DNA of 64,000 nucleotides from Phycisphaerales bacterium (GCA_041987545.1 JBHIWH010000006.1:100078-164077); one strand, 5' to 3'; positions 1-8,867 are shown, numbered from the stretch's first letter. Numbers and translations: made by a program. The notes: generated by a model from the sequence alone, not told the origin.

Positions 1-1
1 G

Positions 2-181
2 GAGCTGGTGCTGTACGTCGTGCACGGCGTGCTCCACTGCGCCGGGTACGACGACGCGGACGAGGCGTCGGCCGACGCGATGCACGCCAGAGAGGACGAG
101 CTGCTCGAGCGGGCCGGCGTGGGGGCGACGTTCGCCCCGCGGCCGCGACGCGACGGGCGCCCGGGGGAACAGTCGAGTTGA
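2..181 (+). CDS. ybeY: rRNA maturation endoribonuclease YbeY, C-terminal fragment (5' end lies outside the window)
   Basis: Frame 2 reads ELVLYVVHGVLHCAGYDDADE..., which carries the HGxLHxxGYD metal-binding motif of YbeY. The TGA at 179-181 overlaps the TTG start of the next gene (TTGA). Confidence 0.75.
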   Translation, partial: ELVLYVVHGVLHCAGYDDADEASADAMHAREDELLERAGVGATFAPRPRRDGRPGEQSS

Positions 182-1518
182 ACGCGACGCTCTGGTTCGT
201 GATCGCGCTCTCGGCCCTGATCCTGGGCGCGGTGTTCGCGTCCGTCAGCCACTCGCTGCGGCACATGTCCAGGTCCCGCCTGGAGACGCTCGCCGAGCGC
301 GGCAAGAACCCCGCGATGCTCGCGCGTGTCCGGGCGATCCTCGACGACGTCGAGGGGCACGAGGCCGTCGTCGCCCTGCCGCGCGTCGCGTGCCACCTGG
401 TCAGCGTGGTTGCGGCGGTGCTCTGGATCGCCGCCCTGACGGGCGTGGACGACCCCACCTGGGTCGAGCGCGTCGCGGGGCTGGGCGTCGCCTCGGTCGC
501 GGTCTGGCTGCTGGGCGTGGTGATCCCGTACTCGATCGCCGAGCACGCGGGCGAGCGGACGGTCCTCTCGGCCTCGCGTGCCGTGAGGGCGTGGTACCTG
601 CTGCTGACGCCCGCGCGCGGGCTGGTCCGCTTCATCGACGAGGTGGTCAGGCGACTGGCGGGCTCGGAGGCCCGGGACGAGCACGAGGAGATCGAGGCCG
701 AGCTGCTGCAGGTCGTCGAGGAGGGCGAGCGGGGCGGGCGCCTGGACGAGACCGAGCGGGACATGATCGAGGCGGTGGTCGAGTTCCGTTCCACGACGGC
801 CGAGCAGGTGATGACCCCGCGGACCGAGGTGGACGCGCTCGAGTACACCGACGACCGGGACGAGGCGATGCGGTTCATCGACGAGCACGGGCACTCGCGG
901 GTGCCCGTCTACGAGGAGAGCCTCGACAAGGTCGTGGGCATCCTGTACGCCAAGGACCTGCTCCGCTGGATCGTCAACCACGAGGGCAACGGCAAGAGGT
1001 TCAACCTCGGGGACATCCTCCGCCCGGCGGTGTTCATCCCGGAGTCCAAGACCGTCCGCGAGCTGCTGGCCGAGCTGTTGGCGGCCAAGGTGCACATCGC
1101 GGTCGTCGCCGACGAGTACGGCGGGACGGCGGGGCTGGTCACGATCGAGGACATCGTCGAGGAGGTCTTCGGCGAGATCCAGGACGAGTACGAGGACGAG
1201 GAGGACGAGCGCGAGATCGAGCTCGACGCCGGCTCCAAGTCCGCCGCCATCGACGCCCGCTTCCACATCGACGACGCCAACGACGAGCTGGAGGACCTTG
1301 GCCTCGAGCTTCCCGAGTCCGACGAGTACGACACCGTCGGCGGGTTCGTCGTCGTGACGCTGGGGCGCATCCCCGAGCCGGGCGAGGAGTTCGCCCACGA
1401 GGGCGTGCACGTGACGATCCTGGAGGCCGAGCCGACGCGGGTGGTCCGGGTGCGGGTCGAGCCCTCGCGCGTGGACGCCGCGGCGCCCGCGACCGACGAG
1501 GCCGAGCCGGGCAAGTGA
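178..1518 (+). CDS. CNNM/DUF21 - CBS pair - CorC_HlyC family protein (hemolysin/TlyC/CorC-type transporter-associated protein)
   Basis: N-terminal TM segments are followed by a CBS-pair region (VMTPRTEV...HGHSRVPVYEE...IAVVADEYGGTAGLVTIEDIVEEVFGEI). The C-terminal CorC_HlyC-like block is GGFVVVTLGRIPEPGEEF...VRVRV. Confidence 0.9.
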   Translation: MNATLWFVIALSALILGAVFASVSHSLRHMSRSRLETLAERGKNPAMLARVRAILDDVEGHEAVVALPRVACHLVSVVAAVLWIAALTGVDDPTWVERVAGLGVASVAVWLLGVVIPYSIAEHAGERTVLSASRAVRAWYLLLTPARGLVRFIDEVVRRLAGSEARDEHEEIEAELLQVVEEGERGGRLDETERDMIEAVVEFRSTTAEQVMTPRTEVDALEYTDDRDEAMRFIDEHGHSRVPVYEESLDKVVGILYAKDLLRWIVNHEGNGKRFNLGDILRPAVFIPESKTVRELLAELLAAKVHIAVVADEYGGTAGLVTIEDIVEEVFGEIQDEYEDEEDEREIELDAGSKSAAIDARFHIDDANDELEDLGLELPESDEYDTVGGFVVVTLGRIPEPGEEFAHEGVHVTILEAEPTRVVRVRVEPSRVDAAAPATDEAEPGK

Positions 1519-1546
1519 GCACGCCCGGCGCGGGTACGATCCGGGC

Positions 1547-3139
1547 GTGAGCGAGCCACACACCCCGCCCCTGCGTCTGTACAACACGCTGAGCAAGCAG
1601 ATCGAGCCGGTCACGCCCGCGGACCCGTCCCGGGTGACGTTCTACACGTGCGGGCCGACGGTCTACGACGACGCGCACATCGGGAACTTCCGCTCCTTCC
1701 TGGCCGCCGACCTGCTCAGGCGGTTCCTGGAGAGCCCGCTGTGCACGCTCACCGGTGACGACGGGAGGGCCCACGCCGGCCCCCGGCAGGTCGTGCACGT
1801 GATGAACATCACGGACGTCGGGCACATGACCGACGACGACTCGGCGGACGGCTCGGGCGAGGACAAGATGGCGGTCGCGGGGCGGCGGATCGCCGAGGCC
1901 AAGAAGTCGGGCACGCTGCCCGCGGGCGCCGACGTGGATCCGAACGACCCGGTCGCGATCGCCCGGTTCTACGAGGCCCGTTTCAAGGACGACGGCCGGA
2001 AGCTGGGGCTGAAGGTCGCGATCGAGGCCCAGGACGACCCGAGCCTGATGCCCCGGGCGACGGCGAGCATCGAGGGCATGAAGTCGATGATCGAGTCGCT
2101 CGCCGAGCGCGGCTTCGCGTACGCCGCGGGCGACGCGGTGTACTTCGACGTCCAGAAATACGAGTCCTACGGCCGGCTCTCGGGCAACACGCTCGACAAG
2201 CTCCGCGGCGGCGCGGGCGGACGCGTCTCCGACGAGAACCAGGCGAGCAAGCGACACCCCGCGGATTTTCTCCTATGGAAGGCGGACAGCAAACACCTGA
2301 TGCGCTGGCCTGGGCCGACGATCGGCGGCAAGCCCGTCGGCGAGGGCTACCCGGGCTGGCACATCGAGTGCTCGGTGATGAGCCTGGACAGGCTCGACCC
2401 CGAGCGGACTCGGTCCGAGATCGACCTGCACTCGGGCGGCGAGGACAACATCTTCCCGCACCACGAGTGCGAGCGGGCCCAGTCGTGCGCCGCGACGGGC
2501 GCCGAGCGCTTCGCCCGCCACTGGTTCCACCCGCGGTTCCTGATGGTCGAGGGCGCGAAGATGTCCAAGAGCAGGGGGACGTTCTTCACGGCCCGGGACC
2601 TGTTCGCCCAGGGCCACGAGCCGGCCGCGGTGCGCCTGGAGCTGATCAAGACGCACTACCGGTCGAACGCGGATTTCTCGATGCAGGGGCTGAAGGACTC
2701 GGCGAGGCAGGTCGAGCGGTGGCGGAGGTTCGCCGAGGCGGGCGCGGAGGGTCCACCGGGCGGGCCGAACGAGGCGGTTCGCGCCGAGTTCGCCGCGGCG
2801 ATGGCCGAGGACCTGAACATCGCGGGCGCGATCGGCGCGATCAACAAGTGGATAGGGGCGACCGAAACGCCGAGCAAAGCGGACACGGAGCTGATGCGCG
2901 AGTTTGACGCCGTCCTCGGCGTGCTCTCGCTCGAGCGAGCCGAGTCCACCGCCACCGAGATCGGCGTCTACCAGGGCGTCGATCCCTCGCCCGAGGTCGA
3001 AGAGAAGCTCGCCGCCCGGGCCGCGGCCCGCAAGGCAAAGGACTTCGCCGCCGCCGATGCGATCCGAGACGAACTGACCGCGATGGGCTTGGCGATCAAG
3101 GACGTTGCCGGTGGGAAAGTTGAGGTCAGCAGGGCGTGA
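1547..3139 (+). CDS. cysS: cysteine--tRNA ligase
   Basis: LYNTLSKQIEPV, FYTCGPTVYDDAHIGNFRSF (HIGN = HIGH motif) and KMSKSRG (KMSKS motif) are present, with a GTG start. It is longer than typical CysS because of an acidic insertion after the HIGH region. Confidence 0.93.
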   Translation: MSEPHTPPLRLYNTLSKQIEPVTPADPSRVTFYTCGPTVYDDAHIGNFRSFLAADLLRRFLESPLCTLTGDDGRAHAGPRQVVHVMNITDVGHMTDDDSADGSGEDKMAVAGRRIAEAKKSGTLPAGADVDPNDPVAIARFYEARFKDDGRKLGLKVAIEAQDDPSLMPRATASIEGMKSMIESLAERGFAYAAGDAVYFDVQKYESYGRLSGNTLDKLRGGAGGRVSDENQASKRHPADFLLWKADSKHLMRWPGPTIGGKPVGEGYPGWHIECSVMSLDRLDPERTRSEIDLHSGGEDNIFPHHECERAQSCAATGAERFARHWFHPRFLMVEGAKMSKSRGTFFTARDLFAQGHEPAAVRLELIKTHYRSNADFSMQGLKDSARQVERWRRFAEAGAEGPPGGPNEAVRAEFAAAMAEDLNIAGAIGAINKWIGATETPSKADTELMREFDAVLGVLSLERAESTATEIGVYQGVDPSPEVEEKLAARAAARKAKDFAAADAIRDELTAMGLAIKDVAGGKVEVSRA

Positions 3140-3170
3140 AGTCGGCAGATCGGCAGGTCGGCAGATCGGG
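3135..3170. repeat. left arm of a 36-bp imperfect inverted repeat flanking the four-helix-bundle gene
   Basis: The arm cgtgaagtcggcagatcggcaggtcggcagatcggg matches the reverse complement of 3552-3587 at 32/36 positions (hand alignment). The arm is itself two ~18-nt units. Confidence 0.8.
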
Positions 3171-3179
3171 GGGGACACG

Positions 3180-3551
3180 ATGGGCGGGTCGATCAAGTCG
3201 TACCGGGACCTTGAGGTCTGGCAGGTCTCGATCGAACTCGCGGAGCTGTGCTACCGGGTGACCGCCGAGTTCCCGACCGAGGAGCGGTACGGGCTGACGT
3301 CGCAGATGCGCCGCTGCTCGGTCTCGATCGCGTCCAACATCGCCGAGGGCTACGGGCGTGAGTCGCGGCAGGACTATGTCCGGTTCCTCCGGGTCTCGCA
3401 GGGGAGCGTGAAGGAGCTGGAGACGCAGGCCGTGATCGCCCAGCGTGTGGGGTTCCTCGGCGCCGACGAGGCCGAGGCCCTCCTGATCGAGTGCGACCGG
3501 GTCGGTCGGATGCTCTACGCCCTCACGAGGGCCCTGAACGCCTCCTCCTAA
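3180..3551 (+). CDS. four helix bundle protein (23S rRNA intervening-sequence protein / Avd-like family)
   Basis: YRDLEVWQVSIELAELCYRVTAEFPTEERYGLTSQMRRCSVSIASNIAEGYGRES...FLRVSQGSVKELETQ is the signature of this family. ATG 3180 was chosen over the track start at 3105, which overlaps cysS. Confidence 0.88.
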   Translation: MGGSIKSYRDLEVWQVSIELAELCYRVTAEFPTEERYGLTSQMRRCSVSIASNIAEGYGRESRQDYVRFLRVSQGSVKELETQAVIAQRVGFLGADEAEALLIECDRVGRMLYALTRALNASS

Positions 3552-3587
3552 CCCGATCTGCCGACCTCACGACCTGCCGACCTCACG
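3552..3587. repeat. right arm of a 36-bp imperfect inverted repeat flanking the four-helix-bundle gene
   Basis: The arm cccgatctgccgacctcacgacctgccgacctcacg is the reverse complement of 3135-3170 at 32/36 positions. It begins one base after the TAA stop at 3549-3551. Confidence 0.8.
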
Positions 3588-3600
3588 TACCATTCCCCCC

Positions 3601-5295
3601 ATGCCCTGGACCCTCTGGCGATACATCCTCCTCGAGGTCGTGCGGCTGATCGCGATCTCGACGGCGGTGCTCGTCGCGGTCATCTCCTTCGCCGCCGCCG
3701 TCAAGCCACTGGCCGACGGCAAGCTCGGCGCGCTCACCTTCCTCAAGTTCCTCCTCTTCGCCATCCCGCCCATGCTCGCCTACGCCCTGCCCTTCGCCTC
3801 GGGCTTCGGCGCCACGCTCGCCTACCACCGCCTCACCCAGGACAACGAGGTCCTGGCCTCCAAGGCCGGCGGGGTCTCGCATCGGCGCCTGCTGATTCCG
3901 GCGCTCGCCCTGGGCCTGGGCCTCGCGCTCATGCTCGCGATGCTCAACGAGCAGATCATCCCGCGGTTCCTCACGCGGATGGAGCGGCTGGTCACGCAGG
4001 ACGTGACGCAGATCATGGTCCGCACGATCGAGCGGGGCGAGTCGGTCCGCATCGGCTCGACCGAGATCTACGCGGACATGATCCAGCGCGTCCCGCCCGA
4101 GAAGGGCTCGAGCGTCATCGACCGCTACCTGCTGGGCGGCGTCGCGGGCGTGGACATCCGGGAGGGCGAGGACGGCGCCGGCGAGGTGAGCGTGATGCTC
4201 ACCGCCCGCCGCGCGTGGCTGCTGCTCGTCCCCGGCTCCGAGGCCGGCTTCGAGGAGCCGGACACGATGGCCGCCATCATCCGCTTCGAGGACGTCGCGG
4301 GCCTCGACCAGGGCACGTTCATGGGCGGTCGTGTCTTCACGGCCCCCGCGTTCCGCGTGCCGAATCCCTTCAAGGACGACCCGAAGTTCCTCACGTGGGG
4401 CGAGCTGCGGTCGCTCCGCCGCTCGCCGGCGGACATGAACTGGATCGACTCCCGCCGCATCGCCCTGGCCCGCGAGTACGCCGGCTTCGAGACGCTCGCC
4501 TCGCTGCGTCGGCGCCTGCGAGAGGACGGCATGGCCCGCCTGACCGGGCCCCGGGGCGAGGACGTCATCATCCGGTCGGCCGCCCTCAGCCCGACCGACG
4601 GCTGGGTCTTCGAGCCATCGGGCGTCTCGGGACGCGTCGAGGTCGAGGTCTACCGCCCGGGCGGCGCCGGCATCGACCGGTACGCGGCCAGGCGGGGCAT
4701 TCTCGAGTACGAGTCGGCGACGGGCGACGACCCCACCGGCGCGCCACGCCTGGCCGGGCTGACCTTCACCCTGCGGCTCGAGGACGTCCAGACCCGCGGC
4801 TCGACCGACGACGGCTCGGACCTGCCCGCCAACGAGCTGCCCACGTGGAACCTGCCCGGGCTGACCGCCCAGGGCGACCCGATGACGGCGCTGCGTTCCA
4901 TGCCCTGCGACCGCCTGCTCGACCAGGTCTCGCCCAGGACGCAGGGGCCTGGCCGGGTCGAGAAGATCGCCCTGGCCGCCGACACGCTTGAGCGTGAGGT
5001 CTCGCGCCTGCAGCGGGAGATCACGAGCAAGCAGCACGAGCGGATGGCGATGGCGTTCAGCTGCCTCGTGATGGTCATCACGGGCGCCGTCACGGCGATG
5101 AAGCTCCGCGACGCGCTGCCCCTGCTCGTGTACCTCTGGAGCTTCTTCCCGGCGCTGGGCACGATCATCCTCATCAGCTCGGGCCAGCAGATGATCCACA
5201 ACACGGGGCTCATCGGCGTGCCCGTGCTGTGGGGGGGCGTGCTGCTGCTGGGCGCGTACACGTTCGCCACCCTCCGGGTCTTGCAGCGCCACTGA
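3601..5295 (+). CDS. LptF/LptG family permease (LPS export ABC transporter permease), long form
   Basis: The N-terminus LWRYILLEVVRLIAISTAVLVAVISF is typical of YjgP/YjgQ (LptF/G). It has N- and C-terminal TM bundles with an enlarged central periplasmic region. Confidence 0.8.
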   Translation: MPWTLWRYILLEVVRLIAISTAVLVAVISFAAAVKPLADGKLGALTFLKFLLFAIPPMLAYALPFASGFGATLAYHRLTQDNEVLASKAGGVSHRRLLIPALALGLGLALMLAMLNEQIIPRFLTRMERLVTQDVTQIMVRTIERGESVRIGSTEIYADMIQRVPPEKGSSVIDRYLLGGVAGVDIREGEDGAGEVSVMLTARRAWLLLVPGSEAGFEEPDTMAAIIRFEDVAGLDQGTFMGGRVFTAPAFRVPNPFKDDPKFLTWGELRSLRRSPADMNWIDSRRIALAREYAGFETLASLRRRLREDGMARLTGPRGEDVIIRSAALSPTDGWVFEPSGVSGRVEVEVYRPGGAGIDRYAARRGILEYESATGDDPTGAPRLAGLTFTLRLEDVQTRGSTDDGSDLPANELPTWNLPGLTAQGDPMTALRSMPCDRLLDQVSPRTQGPGRVEKIALAADTLEREVSRLQREITSKQHERMAMAFSCLVMVITGAVTAMKLRDALPLLVYLWSFFPALGTIILISSGQQMIHNTGLIGVPVLWGGVLLLGAYTFATLRVLQRH

Positions 5296-5299
5296 TCGC

Positions 5300-6916
5300 A
5301 TGAGCCGGACCGGACACGCCGACGAGACCGGGGCGCGCCCGCGGGCCTTCGCGTGGGCCCGCCCGGTCTGGGTGCTGCTCGTCTTCGTCGCACTCGTGTC
5401 CGCGGTCCGGGTCGTCTGGCTCGTGCTCTTCGCCGAGATCACGCTCATCGAGGACGAGGCACACTACTGGGAGTGGAGCCGCCGCCTGGGCTGGTCGTAC
5501 GCGACCAAGGGCCCGGGCATCGCGTGGGTGATCGCGGCCTCGACGGCGCTCTTCGGCGACGTCGAGTGGGCGGTGCGGATGCCCGCGGTCGTCGCCAGCG
5601 CCGTCTCGACGCTCGCCGTCGGCGCCACGGCGAGGCGCGTGTTCGACGACGGGCGGGTCGGGCTGCTGGCGGCGGTGGTCTGGCAGTGCCTGCCGGCGGT
5701 CGGGCTGCTGGGCGTGCTGATGACGATCGACGGGCCGTACCTGGCCTGCTGGGCCGTCGCGTGCTGGTGCTGGGTCCTCGCGACGCGGGAGCGGGCGGCC
5801 TGGGCGTGGCCCGCGTGCGGGCTGGCGGTCGCGGCGGGGTTCCTGTTCAAGTACACGATCCTGCTGCTGCTGCTCGGTTTCGCGATCGACCTGCTGCTGG
5901 GGCGCAGAACGGAACGACGGAACCCGAAGCCGGCGGCAGTCCTGGTCATGCTCGCGTGCGCGGCGCTGGGTCTCGTGCCCGTGCTCGTCTGGAACGCCCA
6001 GCACGACTGGGTGACCGTCCACCACTTGCTGGGACACCTGGGCCTGGGCGAGGACGCGGGCGACCCGGGCGCCGCCTGGTCCTACTCGCCGATGTGGACG
6101 CTCGAATACCTGGGCCTGCAGCTGGCCGCGGCGGGGACGGCGGTGATCCTGATGATCGCCGGCTGCGTCGGGCTCAGGCGCGAAGGTCGGGCGCCGAGGA
6201 CGCTGCTCACGCTGTCGCTGCCCGTGTTCGTGTTCTACCTGCTCGTGACGATCATGACGCGTGTGGAGGGCAACTGGGCCTTGGCCGGCTTCGTGACGCT
6301 CGCGCCGATCGCCGGCTGGATGGTCGTCAGCGCCCGCGACCGCAACGTCATCTGGCTGCGGGTGGTCTGGGGCGCGACGGCGCTGGTCGGCCTGGTCGCG
6401 CTGCTGGCGTTGCCCCTGGCGCCGATCGTCGCGCGGGGGCCGATCATCGGGCCGTACGTGCCGATGACGCGGATGACCGGGATGCGCGCGCACGCAGACG
6501 CCGTCCAGCGGCTGATCGATCACGTCCACGAGCGCACGGGCCAGGCGCCCTTCGTCGTGACGGGTCACTACGGTCGGGCGAGCCAGCTCGCGTTCTACCT
6601 GCCCGGACAACCCACGGTCTACTGCGCGACCTCGCAGCTGGGCGGCTCGTCCCGACAGTACGACCACTGGCCCGAGACCGACCTGTCCAATCTGGATACG
6701 GTCGAGCGGCTGCGGGGGCGGCCGGCGGTCATCCTCGTCGGCGGCGCCGAGGCCCAGCGCGAGATCCTCTCGAGCGCCTTCGGCTCGCTCGAGGACGTCG
6801 GGCCCCTGGAGGGCGAGCCCAAGAAGGGGCGGACGACGCTCGTGGGGCTGGGATTCCGCGGCTTTGCGAACCCGGCGCCGGCGCGCGATGATGCCACCCC
6901 GGAGCCATCGCCCTGA
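5300..6916 (+). CDS. glycosyltransferase family 39 (ArnT/PMT-like polyprenyl-phosphate-sugar dependent transferase)
   Basis: The protein is polytopic. The motif IEDEAHYWEWSRRLGWSYATKGPGIAW near the first loop is characteristic of ArnT-like GT-C enzymes. Confidence 0.8.
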   Translation: MSRTGHADETGARPRAFAWARPVWVLLVFVALVSAVRVVWLVLFAEITLIEDEAHYWEWSRRLGWSYATKGPGIAWVIAASTALFGDVEWAVRMPAVVASAVSTLAVGATARRVFDDGRVGLLAAVVWQCLPAVGLLGVLMTIDGPYLACWAVACWCWVLATRERAAWAWPACGLAVAAGFLFKYTILLLLLGFAIDLLLGRRTERRNPKPAAVLVMLACAALGLVPVLVWNAQHDWVTVHHLLGHLGLGEDAGDPGAAWSYSPMWTLEYLGLQLAAAGTAVILMIAGCVGLRREGRAPRTLLTLSLPVFVFYLLVTIMTRVEGNWALAGFVTLAPIAGWMVVSARDRNVIWLRVVWGATALVGLVALLALPLAPIVARGPIIGPYVPMTRMTGMRAHADAVQRLIDHVHERTGQAPFVVTGHYGRASQLAFYLPGQPTVYCATSQLGGSSRQYDHWPETDLSNLDTVERLRGRPAVILVGGAEAQREILSSAFGSLEDVGPLEGEPKKGRTTLVGLGFRGFANPAPARDDATPEPSP

Positions 6917-7161
6917 ACAACCGCCGAGGCACATCCCCGATCGCACGCCTGCTCTGGCTCGTCGCGGGCTTCGCGCTGGCGACGGCTCTGGCGACGCTGC
7001 TGGATCGGCGCCTGGTCGCGTGGCTGGCGACCGAGGGCGCCGAGGCGCGCACGAGGCTCGCCCTCCGCGACTGGGTCCAGTTCCTGCGCGCGTTCGGGTA
7101 CATCCCGCTGTGGCTCGTCGTCGGGGGCGCCGTCGCGCTGCTGGATCGGCGGGGGCGGGGC

Positions 7162-7608
7162 GTGGGCCGGGGCGTGCTCGTGATCGTCGCGCCGTTGATC
7201 GCGGGCGCGCTGGCCGAGCTTGCCAAGCTGGTCGTCTCGCGCGAGCGCCCGGTCCGGGGCGACGCGATCCAGAACGAGGGCGCGTACGTCTGGAAGGGTC
7301 TCTTCCAGGGATTCGCCGACTCGTCGAACCTGGGGATGCCGTCGAGCCACGCGGCGGTCGCGTTCGGGGGCGCGGCGATGCTGGGCGTGCTCTTCCCGCC
7401 GATCCGCTGGCTGATGCTCGCCCTGGCCGCCGGCTGCGGGCTCACGCGGATGCTCTCGGGCGCCCACTTCGCCTCGGACGTGGTGGTGGGCGCCGGGCTG
7501 GGCGTGCTGACGGCGTGGGCCCTGGGCCTCGTGTCCGGGCTGGGTTCTGGGCCGGGTTCGGGTCGGGGCTCGGGTCGGGGCGAGCCCGGGGCGTACACTC
7601 GCCGCTGA
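7162..7608 (+). CDS. PAP2 (phosphatidic acid phosphatase type 2 / lipid phosphate phosphatase) family protein; minimal coordinates
   Basis: All three PAP2 motifs are present: KLVVSRERP (C1), PSSHA (C2) and SGAHFASDVVVG (C3). The same frame is open from 6892 and encodes two more TM-like helices but has no ATG/GTG/TTG; see the corresponding finding. Confidence 0.8.
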   Translation: MGRGVLVIVAPLIAGALAELAKLVVSRERPVRGDAIQNEGAYVWKGLFQGFADSSNLGMPSSHAAVAFGGAAMLGVLFPPIRWLMLALAAGCGLTRMLSGAHFASDVVVGAGLGVLTAWALGLVSGLGSGPGSGRGSGRGEPGAYTRR

Positions 7609-7642
7609 CGCGGGCGACACAGCCCGGGGGACGATCCGACTC

Positions 7643-8782
7643 GTGAGCATCCTCGACCGGTACATCGCCCGCCAGTTCCTGATCAACGTCGCGACGCTGT
7701 TCGTGATCCTGTTCAGCTTCGTCATCGTCATCGACGTGAGCCTGAACATCGAGCGGTTCTTCGACCGGGCGGTCGAGCTGCACACGGGCGACGACGGGGA
7801 GGCGCCCGGGTTCGTGCGCAAGGTCGTGGTCACCGCGCTGGTCGTCGCGGACCTGTGGTGGCCCAGGCTGCTGCAGCTGTTCAACTTCATGCTGGGCCTG
7901 GTGATGGTGGCGGCGATGGGCTTCACGTGCACGCAGCTCTCGCGGCACCGGGAGTTCCTGGCGATGCTGGCCGCGGGCCTGAGCCTGCACCGCGTGGGGC
8001 GGCCCATCCTGGCCGTCGCGATCGGGCTGACCATGATCCAGGCGGTGAACCAGGAGGTCATGCTGCCGCGGATCGCGCCGCTGCTCAGCCGCGACCACGG
8101 CGACGCGGGCAAGCGGGGCCTGGGCGAGACGCCCGTCCCCCTGACGCCCGACGGCGCCGGCTGGATCTACCGGGCCGACGCCTTCGACGCCGACGAGGGC
8201 GTGCTGCGGGGCGTGTACATCCTGGAGCGCGACCCGGAGACCAAGCAGGCGGTCCGCCAGATCACGGCGACGCGGGCGACCTGGAACGACGGCGGGTGGG
8301 ACCTCACGAACGGCCGCGAGCAGTACATCACGCGTCGCGACGGCTCGGCCCGCGACGAGCAGCCCCGGGCCGTCCACCGCGTCGAGACCGCCCTGGACCC
8401 GGCGACGCTGAAGCTGAACCAGTACCGCGAGTACCGCAACGCCCTGAGCTTCGCTCAGGCGGGGCAGATGCTCAAGAAGGGCTCGACGCTGGACCCCCAG
8501 ACCCGGCGGGATCTGTCCCGCGTCCGTTGGGGGCGGGTGTCGATGATGCTCAGCGCCCTGCTGACGCTGATCATCGCGATGCCCTTCTTCGTGACCCGGA
8601 CGCCGGGGAACATGCTGGTCCAGTCGCTCAAGTGCGCCCCGATCTCGATCGGGGCCCTGGTGCTGGGGGTGCTGGGCTCGTCGGCGGCGCTGCCGGGCAT
8701 CCCGCCCTGGCTGGGGGCGTTCCTGCCCGTGATGGCCCTCTCGACGATCGCGGTCGCGATGATCAGCCTGGTCAAGACCTGA
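7643..8782 (+). CDS. LptF/LptG family permease
   Basis: The N-terminus SILDRYIARQFLINVATLFVILFSFVIVID is the canonical LptF/G start. TM helices are present at both ends; GTG start. Confidence 0.85.
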   Translation: MSILDRYIARQFLINVATLFVILFSFVIVIDVSLNIERFFDRAVELHTGDDGEAPGFVRKVVVTALVVADLWWPRLLQLFNFMLGLVMVAAMGFTCTQLSRHREFLAMLAAGLSLHRVGRPILAVAIGLTMIQAVNQEVMLPRIAPLLSRDHGDAGKRGLGETPVPLTPDGAGWIYRADAFDADEGVLRGVYILERDPETKQAVRQITATRATWNDGGWDLTNGREQYITRRDGSARDEQPRAVHRVETALDPATLKLNQYREYRNALSFAQAGQMLKKGSTLDPQTRRDLSRVRWGRVSMMLSALLTLIIAMPFFVTRTPGNMLVQSLKCAPISIGALVLGVLGSSAALPGIPPWLGAFLPVMALSTIAVAMISLVKT

Positions 8783-8867
8783 CCGATTCCTGAACAGGCC
8801 GGGGCTTGCTCGGGCGGCGGGCGGCGCCACAATGAGGGCGCGGAGTTATCCTGCCCCCGGAGGCCCC

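Noticed and set aside
3105-3600. That the Avd-like four-helix-bundle gene marks a diversity-generating retroelement.
   Set aside because: No reverse transcriptase ORF and no template/variable repeat pair with adenine-specific differences are visible within several kb. The flanking genes are cysS and an LptF/G permease. The inverted repeats are reported as a separate finding instead.
7540-7585. A short GGTTCxGGxCGGG-type tandem repeat encoding GLGSGPGSGRGSGRG at the PAP2 C-terminus.
   Set aside because: It is simple Gly/Ser low-complexity coding sequence at a protein tail, and nothing suggests a function beyond a flexible linker.
6864-7646. A 260-aa plus-strand ORF starting with ATG, overlapping the GT39 end and the whole PAP2 gene.
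   Set aside because: Its translation is Arg/Gly/Ala-rich with no motif. The PAP2 C1/C2/C3 motifs are all in the other frame (7162-7608), even though that frame lacks a canonical start further upstream.
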